Below, in pieces: positions 38,710 through 48,664 of a stretch of DNA of 64,000 nucleotides (positions are counted from its first letter, which is position 1; every line of letters starts with the position of its first letter). Under the pieces are notes generated by a model that saw only the letters and a list, made by a program, of their open reading frames with translations, was not told the origin of the DNA and did no database searches. Both the position numbers and the translations under genes were made by a program. Source of the DNA: Patescibacteria group bacterium (GTDB lineage Bacteria; Patescibacteriota; Minisyncoccia; Phycocordibacterales; Phycocordibacteraceae); assembly GCA_018826905.1 (NCBI GenBank), contig JAHJYC010000004.1:62674-126673 (forward strand), given 5' to 3'.

Positions 38710-38795
38710 GCCGGGGTGATGGAATGGTAGACAGCGGGGACTTAAAATCCCCTGGCAGAAATGCCGTGCGGGTTCGAGTCCCGCCCCCGGTACCA
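38710..38795 (+). tRNA. tRNA-Leu (anticodon UAA), type II, CCA encoded
   Basis: Anticodon stem GGGGA/TCCCC, loop CUUAAAA; long variable arm; T-loop GCGGGTTCGAGTCCCGC. Confidence 0.7.
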
Positions 38796-39949
38796 TGGAC
38801 ATTCAGCGACACCTGAAGCGGGCGCTACGACGAGTATATGCGCGAAGACATGCGCAGGTACCGCTCATAACAATTAGCATCTCCAAGGACCGTTTGCTGC
38901 ATAATCTAAGAACATATAGGAAAGAGTACCCAGAGCTTGCTATCGCTCCCATGCTAAAGAGCAATGCGTACGGACACGGACTCTGCGTAGTTGGCAGACT
39001 TCTTGATTCAGAGGATATATCTTTCTTTGCCGTTGATTCCCTGTACGAGGCGAGAAAGCTCCGTGAAGGAGGGGTACGCTCTCCTATTGTTGTTATGGGA
39101 TATGTTCGCCCTGAAGATATAGTGCGCAACAAACTGCGCCACGTCTCCTTTGCTATTACAGATCTAGAACAACTCAGAACTGTTTCAAGAACAGCGAAAA
39201 AACCAACAGTGCTTCATATAAAGTTTGATACTGGGATGCACAGAAATGGAATTCTGGAGCAGGACATTGAAGAGTGTATTGAGTTGCTTCAGGCCAATAC
39301 CTCGCTTCAGGTAGACGGCGTATGCTCGCATCTTGCCGACGCAGATAACATAGACGCGGGATTTTCTATCGCTCAGCTTGGAGTATGGGAGCGATGTGTT
39401 AGCCGTATGCATTCTGCATACCCTTCTCTAGAGTACACACATATTTCAGCAACAAAGGGAGCACGGTTTGCCACAGGCGCTCCAATGAACACCGTGCGTA
39501 TTGGTATGGGGCTGTTTGGCTACGATACGTCTCCGAAAAGCACACTTCCCCTGCTTCCTGTACTTTCTATGCAAACGCTCGTTACTTCCTTGCGTACAAT
39601 TCAAAAGGGCGAGTCTGTAGGGTACGGCGCAACCTTTGTGGCAGACAGCAAAAGGGTTGTTGCCACCATCCCCGTTGGATATGCAGAAGGACTAGACAGA
39701 GAACTTTCTAATAGAGGGCAGGTGTCAGTCACTGATACCTTGTGTCCACTTGCAGGACGCGTGTCTATGAATATGGCCTCGGTTGATGTAACAGATTGCA
39801 AGAACGTTGCTCGTGGAGACCGTGTTACTGTCATAAGTAGCAACAGAGAGGACCCCAATTCAATACAGGGAATGGCAAAGACAATAGGCACAACTCCCTA
39901 TGTCCTCTTTGCGCATTTACCTGAGCACATCATGCGCGTTGTTGCCTAG
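38795..39949 (+). CDS. alr: alanine racemase
   Basis: PLP-binding motif MLKSNAYGHG; start overlaps the last base of the upstream tRNA. Confidence 0.85.
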   Translation: MDIQRHLKRALRRVYARRHAQVPLITISISKDRLLHNLRTYRKEYPELAIAPMLKSNAYGHGLCVVGRLLDSEDISFFAVDSLYEARKLREGGVRSPIVVMGYVRPEDIVRNKLRHVSFAITDLEQLRTVSRTAKKPTVLHIKFDTGMHRNGILEQDIEECIELLQANTSLQVDGVCSHLADADNIDAGFSIAQLGVWERCVSRMHSAYPSLEYTHISATKGARFATGAPMNTVRIGMGLFGYDTSPKSTLPLLPVLSMQTLVTSLRTIQKGESVGYGATFVADSKRVVATIPVGYAEGLDRELSNRGQVSVTDTLCPLAGRVSMNMASVDVTDCKNVARGDRVTVISSNREDPNSIQGMAKTIGTTPYVLFAHLPEHIMRVVA

Positions 39950-39980
39950 TTGAATTCCAGACACTTCTCTTATAGTATTG

Positions 39981-40053
39981 GCATATTCCACCTATAGCTC
40001 AGTTGGTAGAGCAACTGCCTCTTAAGCAGTGGGTCCCAGGTTCGAGCCCTGGT
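39981..40053 (+). tRNA. tRNA-Lys (anticodon CUU)
   Basis: Anticodon stem ACTGC/GCAGT, loop CUCUUAA; D-arm GCTC/GAGC; T-loop CCAGGTTCGAGCCCTGG. Confidence 0.7.
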
Positions 40054-40088
40054 GGGTGGACACGGATACCTTACAAGACAGCTTGTAA

Positions 40089-40179
40089 GGTTCCATACGC
40101 TGGGATGGCGAAATTGGTAGACGCGCCTGCCTTAGGAGCAGGTTCCTTCGGGAGTGGAGGTTCAAGTCCTCTTCCCAGC
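40089..40179 (+). tRNA. tRNA-Leu (anticodon UAG), type II
   Basis: Acceptor GCTGGGA/TCCCAGC, anticodon stem CCTGC/GCAGG, loop CUUAGGA, long variable arm. Confidence 0.7.
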
Positions 40180-40247
40180 ACAATTGACTTTATCTGAATA
40201 AGTTATAGAATATCCTCACGTTCTTTTAACTGTGAGGGAGCTTCGCT

Positions 40248-40706
40248 ATGAGCGGAGGAGACGACAAGAAGAAGAAAAAGTTTCCGTGGTTTACGGCCAT
40301 GCTGGCCTTCATCGCCGGAGGCATTCTCGTTTGGGCATACATTGGGTTTAAAGTCGTGGAGGCCCAGAACATCCCGGGCAAATACTCCACGCGCCGCCCT
40401 GGAGTCACGGCGTCTACGTTTACGACAGACACCGTCTCGTGCCCCACGTTCAGCCGAGAGCGCCGTACGTGCGCTTTCGGTACGGCGGGAACCTTCGGCA
40501 TCGGCTCAGACGAAGCCGGGCTCCACTTCTGCTACAGCCTGCCGTATGGGTCCAGACAGACCTACACGCGCTATCGCTACGCAGACGGAGAATGGGTCCG
40601 TTGGGGACGCTATGAAGAGCCGGGTGTGATCCACGCCCAGCGCTTTGTCGCGAACAACGAAAAAGCCAGCGTGGAATACTGGCTCTCTGAAATTCCCTGC
40701 CCCTGA
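40248..40706 (+). CDS. membrane-anchored hypothetical protein (GC-rich, ~60%)
   Basis: GAGGGAG SD; N-terminal Lys-run then TM helix; followed by GC hairpin terminator. Confidence 0.5.
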   Translation: MSGGDDKKKKKFPWFTAMLAFIAGGILVWAYIGFKVVEAQNIPGKYSTRRPGVTASTFTTDTVSCPTFSRERRTCAFGTAGTFGIGSDEAGLHFCYSLPYGSRQTYTRYRYADGEWVRWGRYEEPGVIHAQRFVANNEKASVEYWLSEIPCP

Positions 40707-40714
40707 GAAACATC

Positions 40715-40750
40715 GCCCCGCGCTGCTTTGGCCGCGCGGGGCTTTTCTAT
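40715..40750. terminator. Rho-independent terminator (GCCCCGCGC...GCGCGGGGC plus T-run), shared by convergent genes
   Basis: Strong GC hairpin followed by CTTTTCTAT. Confidence 0.65.
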
Positions 40751-41016
40751 CCACCAACTGTTGCCTTGAGCAAAGAGACAATAGCGTTTGCGCCGAATAT
40801 AATAACAAGGCCAATGATTCCCCACATCATGTGCTGTTGACCGGTACGGCGCTTTTCTTCGTCATCAGACGAAGCGATAAACAACACCACTCCCCATACA
40901 AAAAGTACGAAAGCACCGAGCGCGAGCAATGTAATAATAGGAGTAAGGATTGCGTCCTGCACTTTTGTAATAAAGTCTTGGAATGGGCTCATACACCAAT
41001 AATAACAGAGCCCCAC
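40747..41016 (-). CDS. VirB2/TrbC-like small pilin family protein (paralog 5)
   Basis: Hydrophobic helix, charged loop DDEEKRRTG, MMWGIIG, second TM. Confidence 0.5.
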   Translation of the reverse strand: MGLCYYWCMSPFQDFITKVQDAILTPIITLLALGAFVLFVWGVVLFIASSDDEEKRRTGQQHMMWGIIGLVIIFGANAIVSLLKATVGG

Positions 41017-41056
41017 TCGTACGAGTGGGGCTCTGTAGTGGAGAACGCGTTACAAA

Positions 41057-41416
41057 CTACTGAGAAGCAGGAAGTGTTGGTGCGTAATCAGGAACGTTGT
41101 TGTTGAGCTGAACAGATCCGCGAAGGATGTTCACAAGTCCCCATACAGACACCATGATGAAGAATCCGATGATTCCCCAAAGCATAAGTGACTTTCCAGT
41201 CTCACGCTTCTCTTCGTCATGACCACCCAAGATGAAGTATTGGAATACTCCCCAGATGAATACGATGAACGCGATAGCAAATACAACCGGAACGAGTACG
41301 GAGTTAATAAGATTAACAACGCTTGAACCAAGCGTGCCAACGTTTGAAGCGTTCACCTGCGCAAATGCAAATAGCGGCAGAGCGAAAGCGGCACCAATGT
41401 AACTAAGTTTCTTCAT
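41057..41416 (-). CDS. VirB2/TrbC-like small pilin family protein (paralog 4)
   Basis: Signal peptide; VVNLINSVLVPVVFAIAFIVFIWGVFQYF..GGHDEEKRETGKSLMLWGIIGF motif series. Confidence 0.55.
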   Translation of the reverse strand: MKKLSYIGAAFALPLFAFAQVNASNVGTLGSSVVNLINSVLVPVVFAIAFIVFIWGVFQYFILGGHDEEKRETGKSLMLWGIIGFFIMVSVWGLVNILRGSVQLNNNVPDYAPTLPASQ

Positions 41417-41514
41417 AAGTAGGGATTACGGGTAACGCAGTACGTATCCCTTAAGGATAGACTGGAATGGCTGTGCGTCAATAGAGAGCAGACAGCTATG
41501 TGGAAAACATGAAG

Positions 41515-41907
41515 CTAAGAGGGCGGATTAAATGTAGGAAGCTTTGGTACATTTTGTCCTCCAAACCCGAAGGATGCGACAAGAAGATTTACCAACCCCC
41601 AAAGTGAGAGCATCACTACAAAGGCTATAATGCCCCACATAACGAGCTTCTTTCCCTCTTCACGCTTCTCTTCACTCGCTCCTCCGAGTACAAAGTACTG
41701 GAATACTCCCCAGATGAATACGATGAAGGCAATGGCGAAAACGAGAGGAACAATGTACGTATTAATAAGACCCACAATACTCTTCATGTATTCTCCAAGG
41801 TTTGCTCCACCCAGGGCTCCATTTGAAGAAGCCCCCTGAGCAAGCACCGGTAAATACATGAGCTGTGAAGCAATTGCGAAAGCAAAGGCAGTGATAAATA
41901 GTTTCAT
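41515..41907 (-). CDS. VirB2/TrbC-like small pilin family protein (paralog 3)
   Basis: Near-identical core to paralog 4 (IVPLVFAIAFIVFIWGVFQYF...EEKREEGKKLVMWGIIAF). Confidence 0.55.
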   Translation of the reverse strand: MKLFITAFAFAIASQLMYLPVLAQGASSNGALGGANLGEYMKSIVGLINTYIVPLVFAIAFIVFIWGVFQYFVLGGASEEKREEGKKLVMWGIIAFVVMLSLWGLVNLLVASFGFGGQNVPKLPTFNPPS

Positions 41908-41946
41908 ACTGTTATGGTAGCAGACTAAATAAGAAGCAATTCTGTG

Positions 41947-42261
41947 TTATACACCAGTGCCTGGAATTGCAGTGAGGAAGAGCTTAACAATCCCCCAGAC
42001 TGAAAACAGCACCACAAATCCAATAACACCCCAGAGCATGAACTGTTTTCCCTTCTGGCGATGTTCCTCTCCACCAAAGAAGAAGAACCGCACCATTCCA
42101 ATTAAGAAGAAGATAAACGCAAATGCATACAGAAGCGGGATAACTGAATCATTTACGAGCGTCACAATTGAGGCGGTGAGTTCTTTAAAAGAAGCGCCGA
42201 ACGCAACGTGAGGCGTTAGTGCAAGAAGACCAACAAAGGCAATCGCTCTTTTAAACATCAT
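41947..42261 (-). CDS. VirB2/TrbC-like small pilin family protein (paralog 2)
   Basis: Signal peptide, TM, GGEEHRQKGKQFMLWGVIGF, TM. Confidence 0.5.
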   Translation of the reverse strand: MMFKRAIAFVGLLALTPHVAFGASFKELTASIVTLVNDSVIPLLYAFAFIFFLIGMVRFFFFGGEEHRQKGKQFMLWGVIGFVVLFSVWGIVKLFLTAIPGTGV

Positions 42262-42686
42262 AGAGCGCTTACCGTTCCTTCAATTACAAGTCCTATTGCT
42301 TTAGCACCAAGAAGCACAAGTCCTCCGATAACTGTCCACATAAGGGCGCTACGAGCGCTTCTGATTTTCTCTTCGTTTCCTTGTGCTGCTACGAATTGAA
42401 ACCCAACATACACAAGCGCCAAAATGAGGACAATTGTTCCCAACTGAACAACGGCATCAAGAATTGCATTTAAGAACTGAGGAAGCGTACAAATATTGTT
42501 GAGAGGATTTTTTAGTCCAGTGCCTGCCGCACCACATCCTGAAGCCCCACCAGAGCCTGTAGGTCCTCCTGAAGTACCTCCTGATCCCGTAGACCCTCCT
42601 GACCCTTGTGCAGCAACCATGAGAGGCAGCATAAACACCACTACGGAGGCTGCAGCACCTTTGTACATCTTGAATAAAGTGGTCAT
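42258..42686 (-). CDS. VirB2/TrbC-like small pilin family protein (paralog 1) with Gly/Ser-rich linker
   Basis: Signal peptide, GSGGSTGSGG low-complexity stretch, NNICTLPQFLNAI (compare VirB2 NNICTFILGP), two TM helices around NEEKIRSARSALMW. Confidence 0.55.
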   Translation of the reverse strand: MTTLFKMYKGAAASVVVFMLPLMVAAQGSGGSTGSGGTSGGPTGSGGASGCGAAGTGLKNPLNNICTLPQFLNAILDAVVQLGTIVLILALVYVGFQFVAAQGNEEKIRSARSALMWTVIGGLVLLGAKAIGLVIEGTVSAL

Positions 42687-42690
42687 AGAA

Positions 42691-43995
42691 TTATTTTAGT
42701 GCTGCTGTAAGTGACTGGTCAGCGGTATACAGAGCGTCCCGCACTGCCTCCCGTCCACTAATAACGTTCCCTACCATCGTACCAAAGATGCGATCTAGCG
42801 TTGTTGGTTCTGGGGAGAGCCAGCCACGCGCAATGAGTGCTTCTGGGAAATACACCGGTTCATATAAATCTCCAGAGCGAGGCGCAAGCAGCCCACGCTG
42901 TGCTGGAGCCACACCAAGTGCATGTGCAATCATAGGAAGCGATTCTTTCGCCGTAAGTCCCATAGCGGCACGGAAGGCTCCTGAGCTGTTCCTAGAAGAC
43001 TTTGGAATCGCAAACGCATACACCTTTCCGTAGGTCATACGTGTCGCAAGTGTTGCAGGAGTTGGTGTTGGTGCCATATCAAAGTCCAGGTTTGGATTTG
43101 CCTCAGCCAAAAGCTCGCGCTCTGAAGCGTACCCTAGGTAAAGACCAAGGTCTCCTGCAATAAATGCTTCACGACTCTTTGGGAGCGAACGGTTCCAGGA
43201 ATACACTGTCTTCCCTGGGTTTGCGAACTCTGTATAGAAGTTAAGAGCGCTTTCAGCTGGAGAACTACCGAAGGTCTGTGTTGTGGTCCGAGAAAGGTTT
43301 GATCGCATTCCTGTTGGAGTTTGTTCGCTAATTGAATATCCGGACTGAAGGAATAAAAGAGAAACAATGCCTCTTGCATGATCAACATTCTCATACGTAC
43401 CGAGCGCTATGAGGCTACGGGAAATAGTCTGTGCATCTGTAAGACGGTTTATAGCAGCAGCAAGCCCAGTAACCGCTTCCCAGGTTGAGGGGGGTCGTGC
43501 AGCTCCTGCTCCTGCAAGCACTGGCCGGTTGTAATAGAGCATCATAGGATCAACAACAAACGGTACCCCGTATGTTCCTCCTTCAGTAAGAAAGAGCTCT
43601 GAAATAGGGAGATAGGAATCCCGGAATGTTCTCTCTGAGATTGAAGAAGAAGGGATCACAGAAATCTTATTCTTTGTTGCAAGCAAGTCTTCTTGTGAAA
43701 TAAGAATAAGATCTGGTCCTTGTCCCGATGCTATTGCCTCTGCAAGATCTGAGTTAAAGGTTTCTTGAGGTCGTGATACATACGATACTCCCCCAAACTC
43801 TGGATTGGTCTGTTTGAGTGTATTAATACTGAGCGTCATTGCCTCAGAGGGAAGCGTGCCCCAGATAGTAACCGTGCCGAGCGGTTTTACCCCACTAGAA
43901 AATCCTTGGAAGTTTGCAAAGAGAAAAAGCCCGAGCAATGCTATGAGACCAAATATGGCCATAACGACAACCTGAAATGGTTTAAGATTCGCCAT
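42691..43995 (-). CDS. extracellular solute-binding protein (ABC transporter SBP family 1-like), membrane-anchored
   Basis: N-terminal TM helix, then periplasmic binding-protein-like sequence (GTVTIWGTLP..., LILISQEDL). Confidence 0.5.
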   Translation of the reverse strand: MANLKPFQVVVMAIFGLIALLGLFLFANFQGFSSGVKPLGTVTIWGTLPSEAMTLSINTLKQTNPEFGGVSYVSRPQETFNSDLAEAIASGQGPDLILISQEDLLATKNKISVIPSSSISERTFRDSYLPISELFLTEGGTYGVPFVVDPMMLYYNRPVLAGAGAARPPSTWEAVTGLAAAINRLTDAQTISRSLIALGTYENVDHARGIVSLLFLQSGYSISEQTPTGMRSNLSRTTTQTFGSSPAESALNFYTEFANPGKTVYSWNRSLPKSREAFIAGDLGLYLGYASERELLAEANPNLDFDMAPTPTPATLATRMTYGKVYAFAIPKSSRNSSGAFRAAMGLTAKESLPMIAHALGVAPAQRGLLAPRSGDLYEPVYFPEALIARGWLSPEPTTLDRIFGTMVGNVISGREAVRDALYTADQSLTAALK

Positions 43996-43996
43996 A

Positions 43997-44527
43997 TTAT
44001 GGTGCGGTAAATACTATGGAGTAATGATGTGGTCCTGCTCTAAAGTCTTTCACTTTATGAAAGCCTCCGGTAATAAAGAGCTCCTCAGCTACGTGCTCTG
44101 AAACAACCCTATGTGGAAGAGGTCCCATGCCTCCATACGCTCCTGCCCAATCTATAACAAGAAGTCTTCCTCCTGAGGTAAGAATTCTTTTTATCTCTGC
44201 AATAGCTCCCTCTCTGTGATCCAATTGAAAGAGTGTATTTGAAAGAATAACGGCATCCAGAGATGCATCCCTGAGCTTTGTGCCTCCGAGCTTCTCAAAG
44301 TTTCCCCAAACGGTTTCTACATTTCGCAGTCCCCGCTCCTGTGCAGCATCGCGCACATGCTTCAAAATATCCTCCTGTATATCAACGGCATATACTTTGC
44401 CACTTGCTCCAACGATATTTGCTGCAGCGAGAGCATAGTGCCCAGAACCAACTCCAAGGTCTCCAACCTTCATTCCTTCTCGCAAACCGAGTTGCAAGAC
44501 ATTGTTGCGAGGATCACTAAAATTCAT
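43997..44527 (-). CDS. class I SAM-dependent methyltransferase
   Basis: VGDLGVGSGHYALAAA motif I; VDIQED motif II. Confidence 0.75.
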   Translation of the reverse strand: MNFSDPRNNVLQLGLREGMKVGDLGVGSGHYALAAANIVGASGKVYAVDIQEDILKHVRDAAQERGLRNVETVWGNFEKLGGTKLRDASLDAVILSNTLFQLDHREGAIAEIKRILTSGGRLLVIDWAGAYGGMGPLPHRVVSEHVAEELFITGGFHKVKDFRAGPHHYSIVFTAP

Positions 44528-44630
44528 GCTTCAAGTATAGCAAGGAAGATGAAGGAGAGGTGCGTAATTAACAAAGAGAAAAGGCGCGCCCACGGATGTG
44601 GACACGCCTCCTTATTTTTTCTGGCAAGCG

Positions 44631-44792
44631 CTAGAAGCTCTTGCCGAGATACGCGAGACCGGCAGGCGAATCGCGCCAGTCCTTGGTGCGAAGCACCTCG
44701 GGGGCGGTTTTCTCGCCGGTGACGGGATCCTCATGGCGCTTGTGGCCGTGAGCGTGGGTCGGCTGTTGAGTTTTCTCAGCCATATCAACCAT
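44631..44792 (-). CDS. small His-rich hypothetical protein (53 aa) in GC-rich patch; not in the ORF track
   Basis: AGAGGAAG SD-like upstream of ATG; product MVDMAEKTQQPTHAHGHKRHEDPVTGEK...; overlaps an alternative +strand ORF. Confidence 0.3.
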   Translation of the reverse strand: MVDMAEKTQQPTHAHGHKRHEDPVTGEKTAPEVLRTKDWRDSPAGLAYLGKSF

Positions 44793-44871
44793 AGAAGAAC
44801 TTCCTCTTTCTGTGACGCGTACTTCCGTTTCTGCGTCTACACTATAATACTACGAAAGCCACAAAGGTCAA

Positions 44872-45183
44872 CTAGCTGAGTTCTGCAATAGAGATACGTC
44901 CACGCATGTCTCGTGAGACCTTGAGCTCTTTTCCAGAGAAGTTGATGGGTACATTTGTATATACACGCTCTGCAAGAGTCTCCTCAGAATCAGCTTTCCC
45001 TGCGTTCAAGCTGTTAAATGCACGAATGCGGTCCTGTCGTTCATCCTCAGAGATTGCCGGGTCTCCAATACTATTAAAAGTAGCCATCTCTTCGTCCGTA
45101 AGGGTACGGTGTATTGCTGCTACGAGCTCTCGCACCTCTGCCTGCTGTGCTGACTCCTGTCTTGGCGCAAATGATCCTTCCAT
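44872..45183 (-). CDS. hypothetical protein downstream of gyrA
   Basis: 103-aa acidic ORF co-directional with gyrA. Confidence 0.45.
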   Translation of the reverse strand: MEGSFAPRQESAQQAEVRELVAAIHRTLTDEEMATFNSIGDPAISEDERQDRIRAFNSLNAGKADSEETLAERVYTNVPINFSGKELKVSRDMRGRISIAELS

Positions 45184-45192
45184 ATATCTAAA

Positions 45193-47658
45193 TTATAGCG
45201 CAACCATTGAGGCAATTGAGTCCCCTTCGCGCATTTTCATAATACGTACTCCCTGAGTTGCTCGTGAAAGAGATGGAATTTCTCCTGCAGAACAGCGGAT
45301 AACCTGTCCCTTCTTTGAGATAACTACAATCTCCTGTTCCTTCTCTTCGTCTCCAGAAAGGACCTTTGCTCCGATAATCTCTCCTGTCTTTGGAGTTACA
45401 TCAGCGGTCTTAATACCAGATCCACCACGTCCCTGAATCTTGTATTCAGAGAGGGAAGTCTTCTTTCCATATCCCTTGTTCATGATAACGAGGAGGGACG
45501 CATTTGAATCCGTTCCTGACACTACCTCAGCAGATACAATACGGTCTCCCTTCTTCACCGTCATACCACGCACACCAGCTGCGGTGCGACCCATGGCACG
45601 CACATCAGTTTCATCAAAGCGGATGCTCTGCCCCTTTGAGGTAACAATAGAGATGCTATCTCCATCTCCTGCAAGGTGCGCTGACACAAGCTTATCGCTT
45701 CCCTTAAGAGCAATAGCAATAATGCCTGAACGACGTACATCAGCGAAGTTCTTTGCAGCCACTTTCTTTACCACTCCCTCAACTGTTACAAAGAAAACTG
45801 AGAGCGCTTCTCGCTCAGCACCCTTAGGAACTGGCAATACACTCGTTACCTTCTCATCAGCAGCAAGCTGGATGAAGTTCATGATGCTCTTTCCCTTTGT
45901 CGCTCGTCTTCCTTCAGGAAGCTCATACATCTTCATTTGATACGCCTTTCCATGATCAGTGAAGAACAGGAGGTCTGAGTGTGTAGAACAGGCAAGGAAG
46001 TGCGTCACCACATCCTCCTCCTTTGTAGACATATCAATTACCCCCACTCCTCCACGCTTCTGAATCTTGTACTCATCTGGGTTCGTACGCTTTACGTATC
46101 CTCCGGCAGTAAGCACGAGCACGGACTCCTCATCCGGAACAAGATCCTGTACTGAAATATTCTTTACCCCTCCCTTAACGATCTTCGTGCGACGATCGTC
46201 TCCGTACTTCTCACTAATAGTGACGAGCTCCTCACGAACAACTGCAAAGATATTCTTCTCTGATGAAAGAATCTTCTTGAGTGTAGTTATGAGCTTTTGG
46301 ATCTCAGCAAGCTCTTCCTCAATCTTCTTGCGCTCAAGACCAGAGAGCTTCTGAAGACGCATCTCAAGAATTGCAGTTGCTTGGATTATAGTGAAGCCAA
46401 ACTTTTTCTGAAGGTTAGCGGATGCAGTTGGTGTATCTGCTGACTTACGAATAGTCGCAATAACTTCATCAATGTGATCAAGTGCCTTTGAGAGACCCAT
46501 CAAAATGTGCTCACGTTCCTGCGCTTTGCGGAGCTCGTACTCGGTACGACGCTTCACTACTTCTCTTCTATGCGCTATGAACTCGGTAAGCATTCCCTTC
46601 AATGAAAGGGTCTGAGGTACTCCATCCACGAGTGCGAGCATGTTGTAGTGGAACGTAGACTCAAGCTCTGTGTGCTTATAAAGATTATTGAGCACTGCCT
46701 GTGGGTGCGCTGTTCCTTTAAGTTCAACAACAACACGCAAGTCTGCAGCAGATTCATCACGGAGGTCTTTTACTCCCTCAAGCTTTTTGTCTCGCACGAG
46801 GTCTGCAATTCGTGTAATAAGGTCTGCCTTATTTACGCGGAACGGAATTGAAGTAATAACAATGGAGGTTCCCTTCTTTTCCTCAACAATGTCAGCTTCT
46901 CCACGCACCACCACTCCTCCACGTCCAGTGGTGTAGGCATGACGAATATCTGTCTGATTAAATGCAATGGCGCCAAGAGGGAAGTCAGGTCCTTTTACGT
47001 GCTCCAAAAGATCGTCAACGGTTGCTGTTGGATTGTCTATAAGATGCGTTGTGGCCGCTATAACCTCTCGCAGGTTGTGAGGAGGAATGTTGGTTGCCAT
47101 ACCAACAGCAATACCGAGTGTTCCGTTTAGGAGAAGGTTTGGAACTGCGGCAGGAAGCACCGTTGGTTCTTGCTTTGTTGCATCAAAGTTTGGTGCCCAC
47201 TCAACAGTCTCCTTTTCAAGATCCTTCAGCATCTCCTCAGCAAGGCGAGACATTTTTGCTTCTGTATAACGGTATGCAGCAGGCGGGTCACCATCAATAG
47301 AACCGAAGTTTCCCTGCCCTTGCACGAGCATGTAGCGCGTTGCAAAGTCCTGTGCGAGTTTTACCATCGCGTCGTATACAGAGGTATCTCCGTGCGGGTG
47401 ATACGAACCGAGCACCTCTCCCACTACCGTCGCTGATTTACGAAACTTTGCTGTTGGCGTAAGACCTGTCTGACGCATCGCGTACAGGATGCGACGATGC
47501 ACCGGCTTTAGTCCGTCACGCACATCAGGAAGTGCACGAGACGTGATAACCGTCATTGCGTAGTCAATATAGGACTGACGCATTTCCCCAACGATTGATT
47601 GGTCAATGATGTTAACGCGTGGGACAGGTGTCTCCTCTGGTACTGCTTTCTTTGCCAT
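45193..47658 (-). CDS. gyrA: DNA gyrase subunit A
   Basis: Catalytic Tyr region (AAMRYTE-like AYRYTEAKM), GyrA box, C-terminal beta-pinwheel repeats. Confidence 0.93.
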   Translation of the reverse strand: MAKKAVPEETPVPRVNIIDQSIVGEMRQSYIDYAMTVITSRALPDVRDGLKPVHRRILYAMRQTGLTPTAKFRKSATVVGEVLGSYHPHGDTSVYDAMVKLAQDFATRYMLVQGQGNFGSIDGDPPAAYRYTEAKMSRLAEEMLKDLEKETVEWAPNFDATKQEPTVLPAAVPNLLLNGTLGIAVGMATNIPPHNLREVIAATTHLIDNPTATVDDLLEHVKGPDFPLGAIAFNQTDIRHAYTTGRGGVVVRGEADIVEEKKGTSIVITSIPFRVNKADLITRIADLVRDKKLEGVKDLRDESAADLRVVVELKGTAHPQAVLNNLYKHTELESTFHYNMLALVDGVPQTLSLKGMLTEFIAHRREVVKRRTEYELRKAQEREHILMGLSKALDHIDEVIATIRKSADTPTASANLQKKFGFTIIQATAILEMRLQKLSGLERKKIEEELAEIQKLITTLKKILSSEKNIFAVVREELVTISEKYGDDRRTKIVKGGVKNISVQDLVPDEESVLVLTAGGYVKRTNPDEYKIQKRGGVGVIDMSTKEEDVVTHFLACSTHSDLLFFTDHGKAYQMKMYELPEGRRATKGKSIMNFIQLAADEKVTSVLPVPKGAEREALSVFFVTVEGVVKKVAAKNFADVRRSGIIAIALKGSDKLVSAHLAGDGDSISIVTSKGQSIRFDETDVRAMGRTAAGVRGMTVKKGDRIVSAEVVSGTDSNASLLVIMNKGYGKKTSLSEYKIQGRGGSGIKTADVTPKTGEIIGAKVLSGDEEKEQEIVVISKKGQVIRCSAGEIPSLSRATQGVRIMKMREGDSIASMVAL

Positions 47659-47660
47659 GA

Positions 47661-48017
47661 CTAAAAGGGAATAACGGTCTTACTCGTGTTGTTCTCAATC
47701 TTTGTTTCAAAACTGGTGGTGGTGCGGGTGTCTACAACGGTAATGGCTGGCTCTCCTGTTCCGTTTGTCACCGCGCCTACTGCACCCATAAGTTCAGAGA
47801 ACGCTGACTTAGATTGTGCAAACGTTTCCTTTACTTGTAGAGTCTCCTCTTTGCCTGGTGTGTCGCTCAGCGCGAGTGTTCCTGAAGTCGCGAGTGTTGC
47901 GATCCATGCAAACGCAACAAGTGCTGTAACACCTACAGATGAAAAGAGGGCAACCTGGTGTCGCACATGGTTTGGTTGTGCGCGGAGTGTTTCTAGGTGT
48001 TTTTCAAAAGAAGCCAT
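47661..48017 (-). CDS. membrane-anchored hypothetical protein
   Basis: One TM helix; no recognised domain. Confidence 0.45.
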   Translation of the reverse strand: MASFEKHLETLRAQPNHVRHQVALFSSVGVTALVAFAWIATLATSGTLALSDTPGKEETLQVKETFAQSKSAFSELMGAVGAVTNGTGEPAITVVDTRTTTSFETKIENNTSKTVIPF

Positions 48018-48019
48018 AC

Positions 48020-48664
48020 CTATGGAGTAATAACAATAATAGCACCGTCCTTAGCTGCTGCATCCTTCTTTTTAAGAGTAAGCTTCTCCACCTTCTCTGC
48101 ATCTTTGCTTCCCTCCTCGCTAAGGAATGTATCAAGTGCTTTCGGCTCTCCCATACCGCTCCAGTGCATAGGCACTATGATGCGGGGCTGCAACGAGATT
48201 GCGAGCTTTGCTGCTTCAGCAGGAGAGAGCACACCGTCTCCACCGACAGGAACAAACAATACATCAATCTCATCAATAGCTTCGCGTGCTTCGTGTGAAA
48301 GCACAGTGTCTGAAAGTGCTCCTAAGTGAACGAGCGTCATCCCTTCAAGACCAACTGCGTAAACGGTGTTCACAGCGTCTAGTGTTCCTTTCGGAAGTCC
48401 GTACTGACTCTTTGTTAGAAATCCTTGAATGGTGACCCCTGACTGTTCGTATTCTCCTGGTCCGTTTATTTCAAATGGGACCTTTCCTCCAAACGCAACT
48501 TCAGCGAGACCGTTCATATCAGGATGATTGCGGCTAGAGAGCGCAAGATCTGCACCAAAACGCACTGCAGGGAGTGAGCCTCCCTTTGCGATTGGATCAA
48601 AGACAACTGTGAGGTCTCCAAGCGTTACTTTGAAGCATTGTCCGCCGTGGTGAGTGATGACCAT
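48020..48664 (-). CDS. MBL-fold metal-dependent hydrolase
   Basis: MVITHHGGQCF N-terminus and beta-lactamase-fold His/Asp pattern. Confidence 0.6.
   Translation of the reverse strand: MVITHHGGQCFKVTLGDLTVVFDPIAKGGSLPAVRFGADLALSSRNHPDMNGLAEVAFGGKVPFEINGPGEYEQSGVTIQGFLTKSQYGLPKGTLDAVNTVYAVGLEGMTLVHLGALSDTVLSHEAREAIDEIDVLFVPVGGDGVLSPAEAAKLAISLQPRIIVPMHWSGMGEPKALDTFLSEEGSKDAEKVEKLTLKKKDAAAKDGAIIVITP

Noticed and set aside
32083-47658. Numerous ORFs of 60-150 aa antisense to clpB, gyrA, topA, infB and the Rel gene
   Set aside because: They are embedded antisense within long, well-supported genes, with biased composition and no initiation signals.
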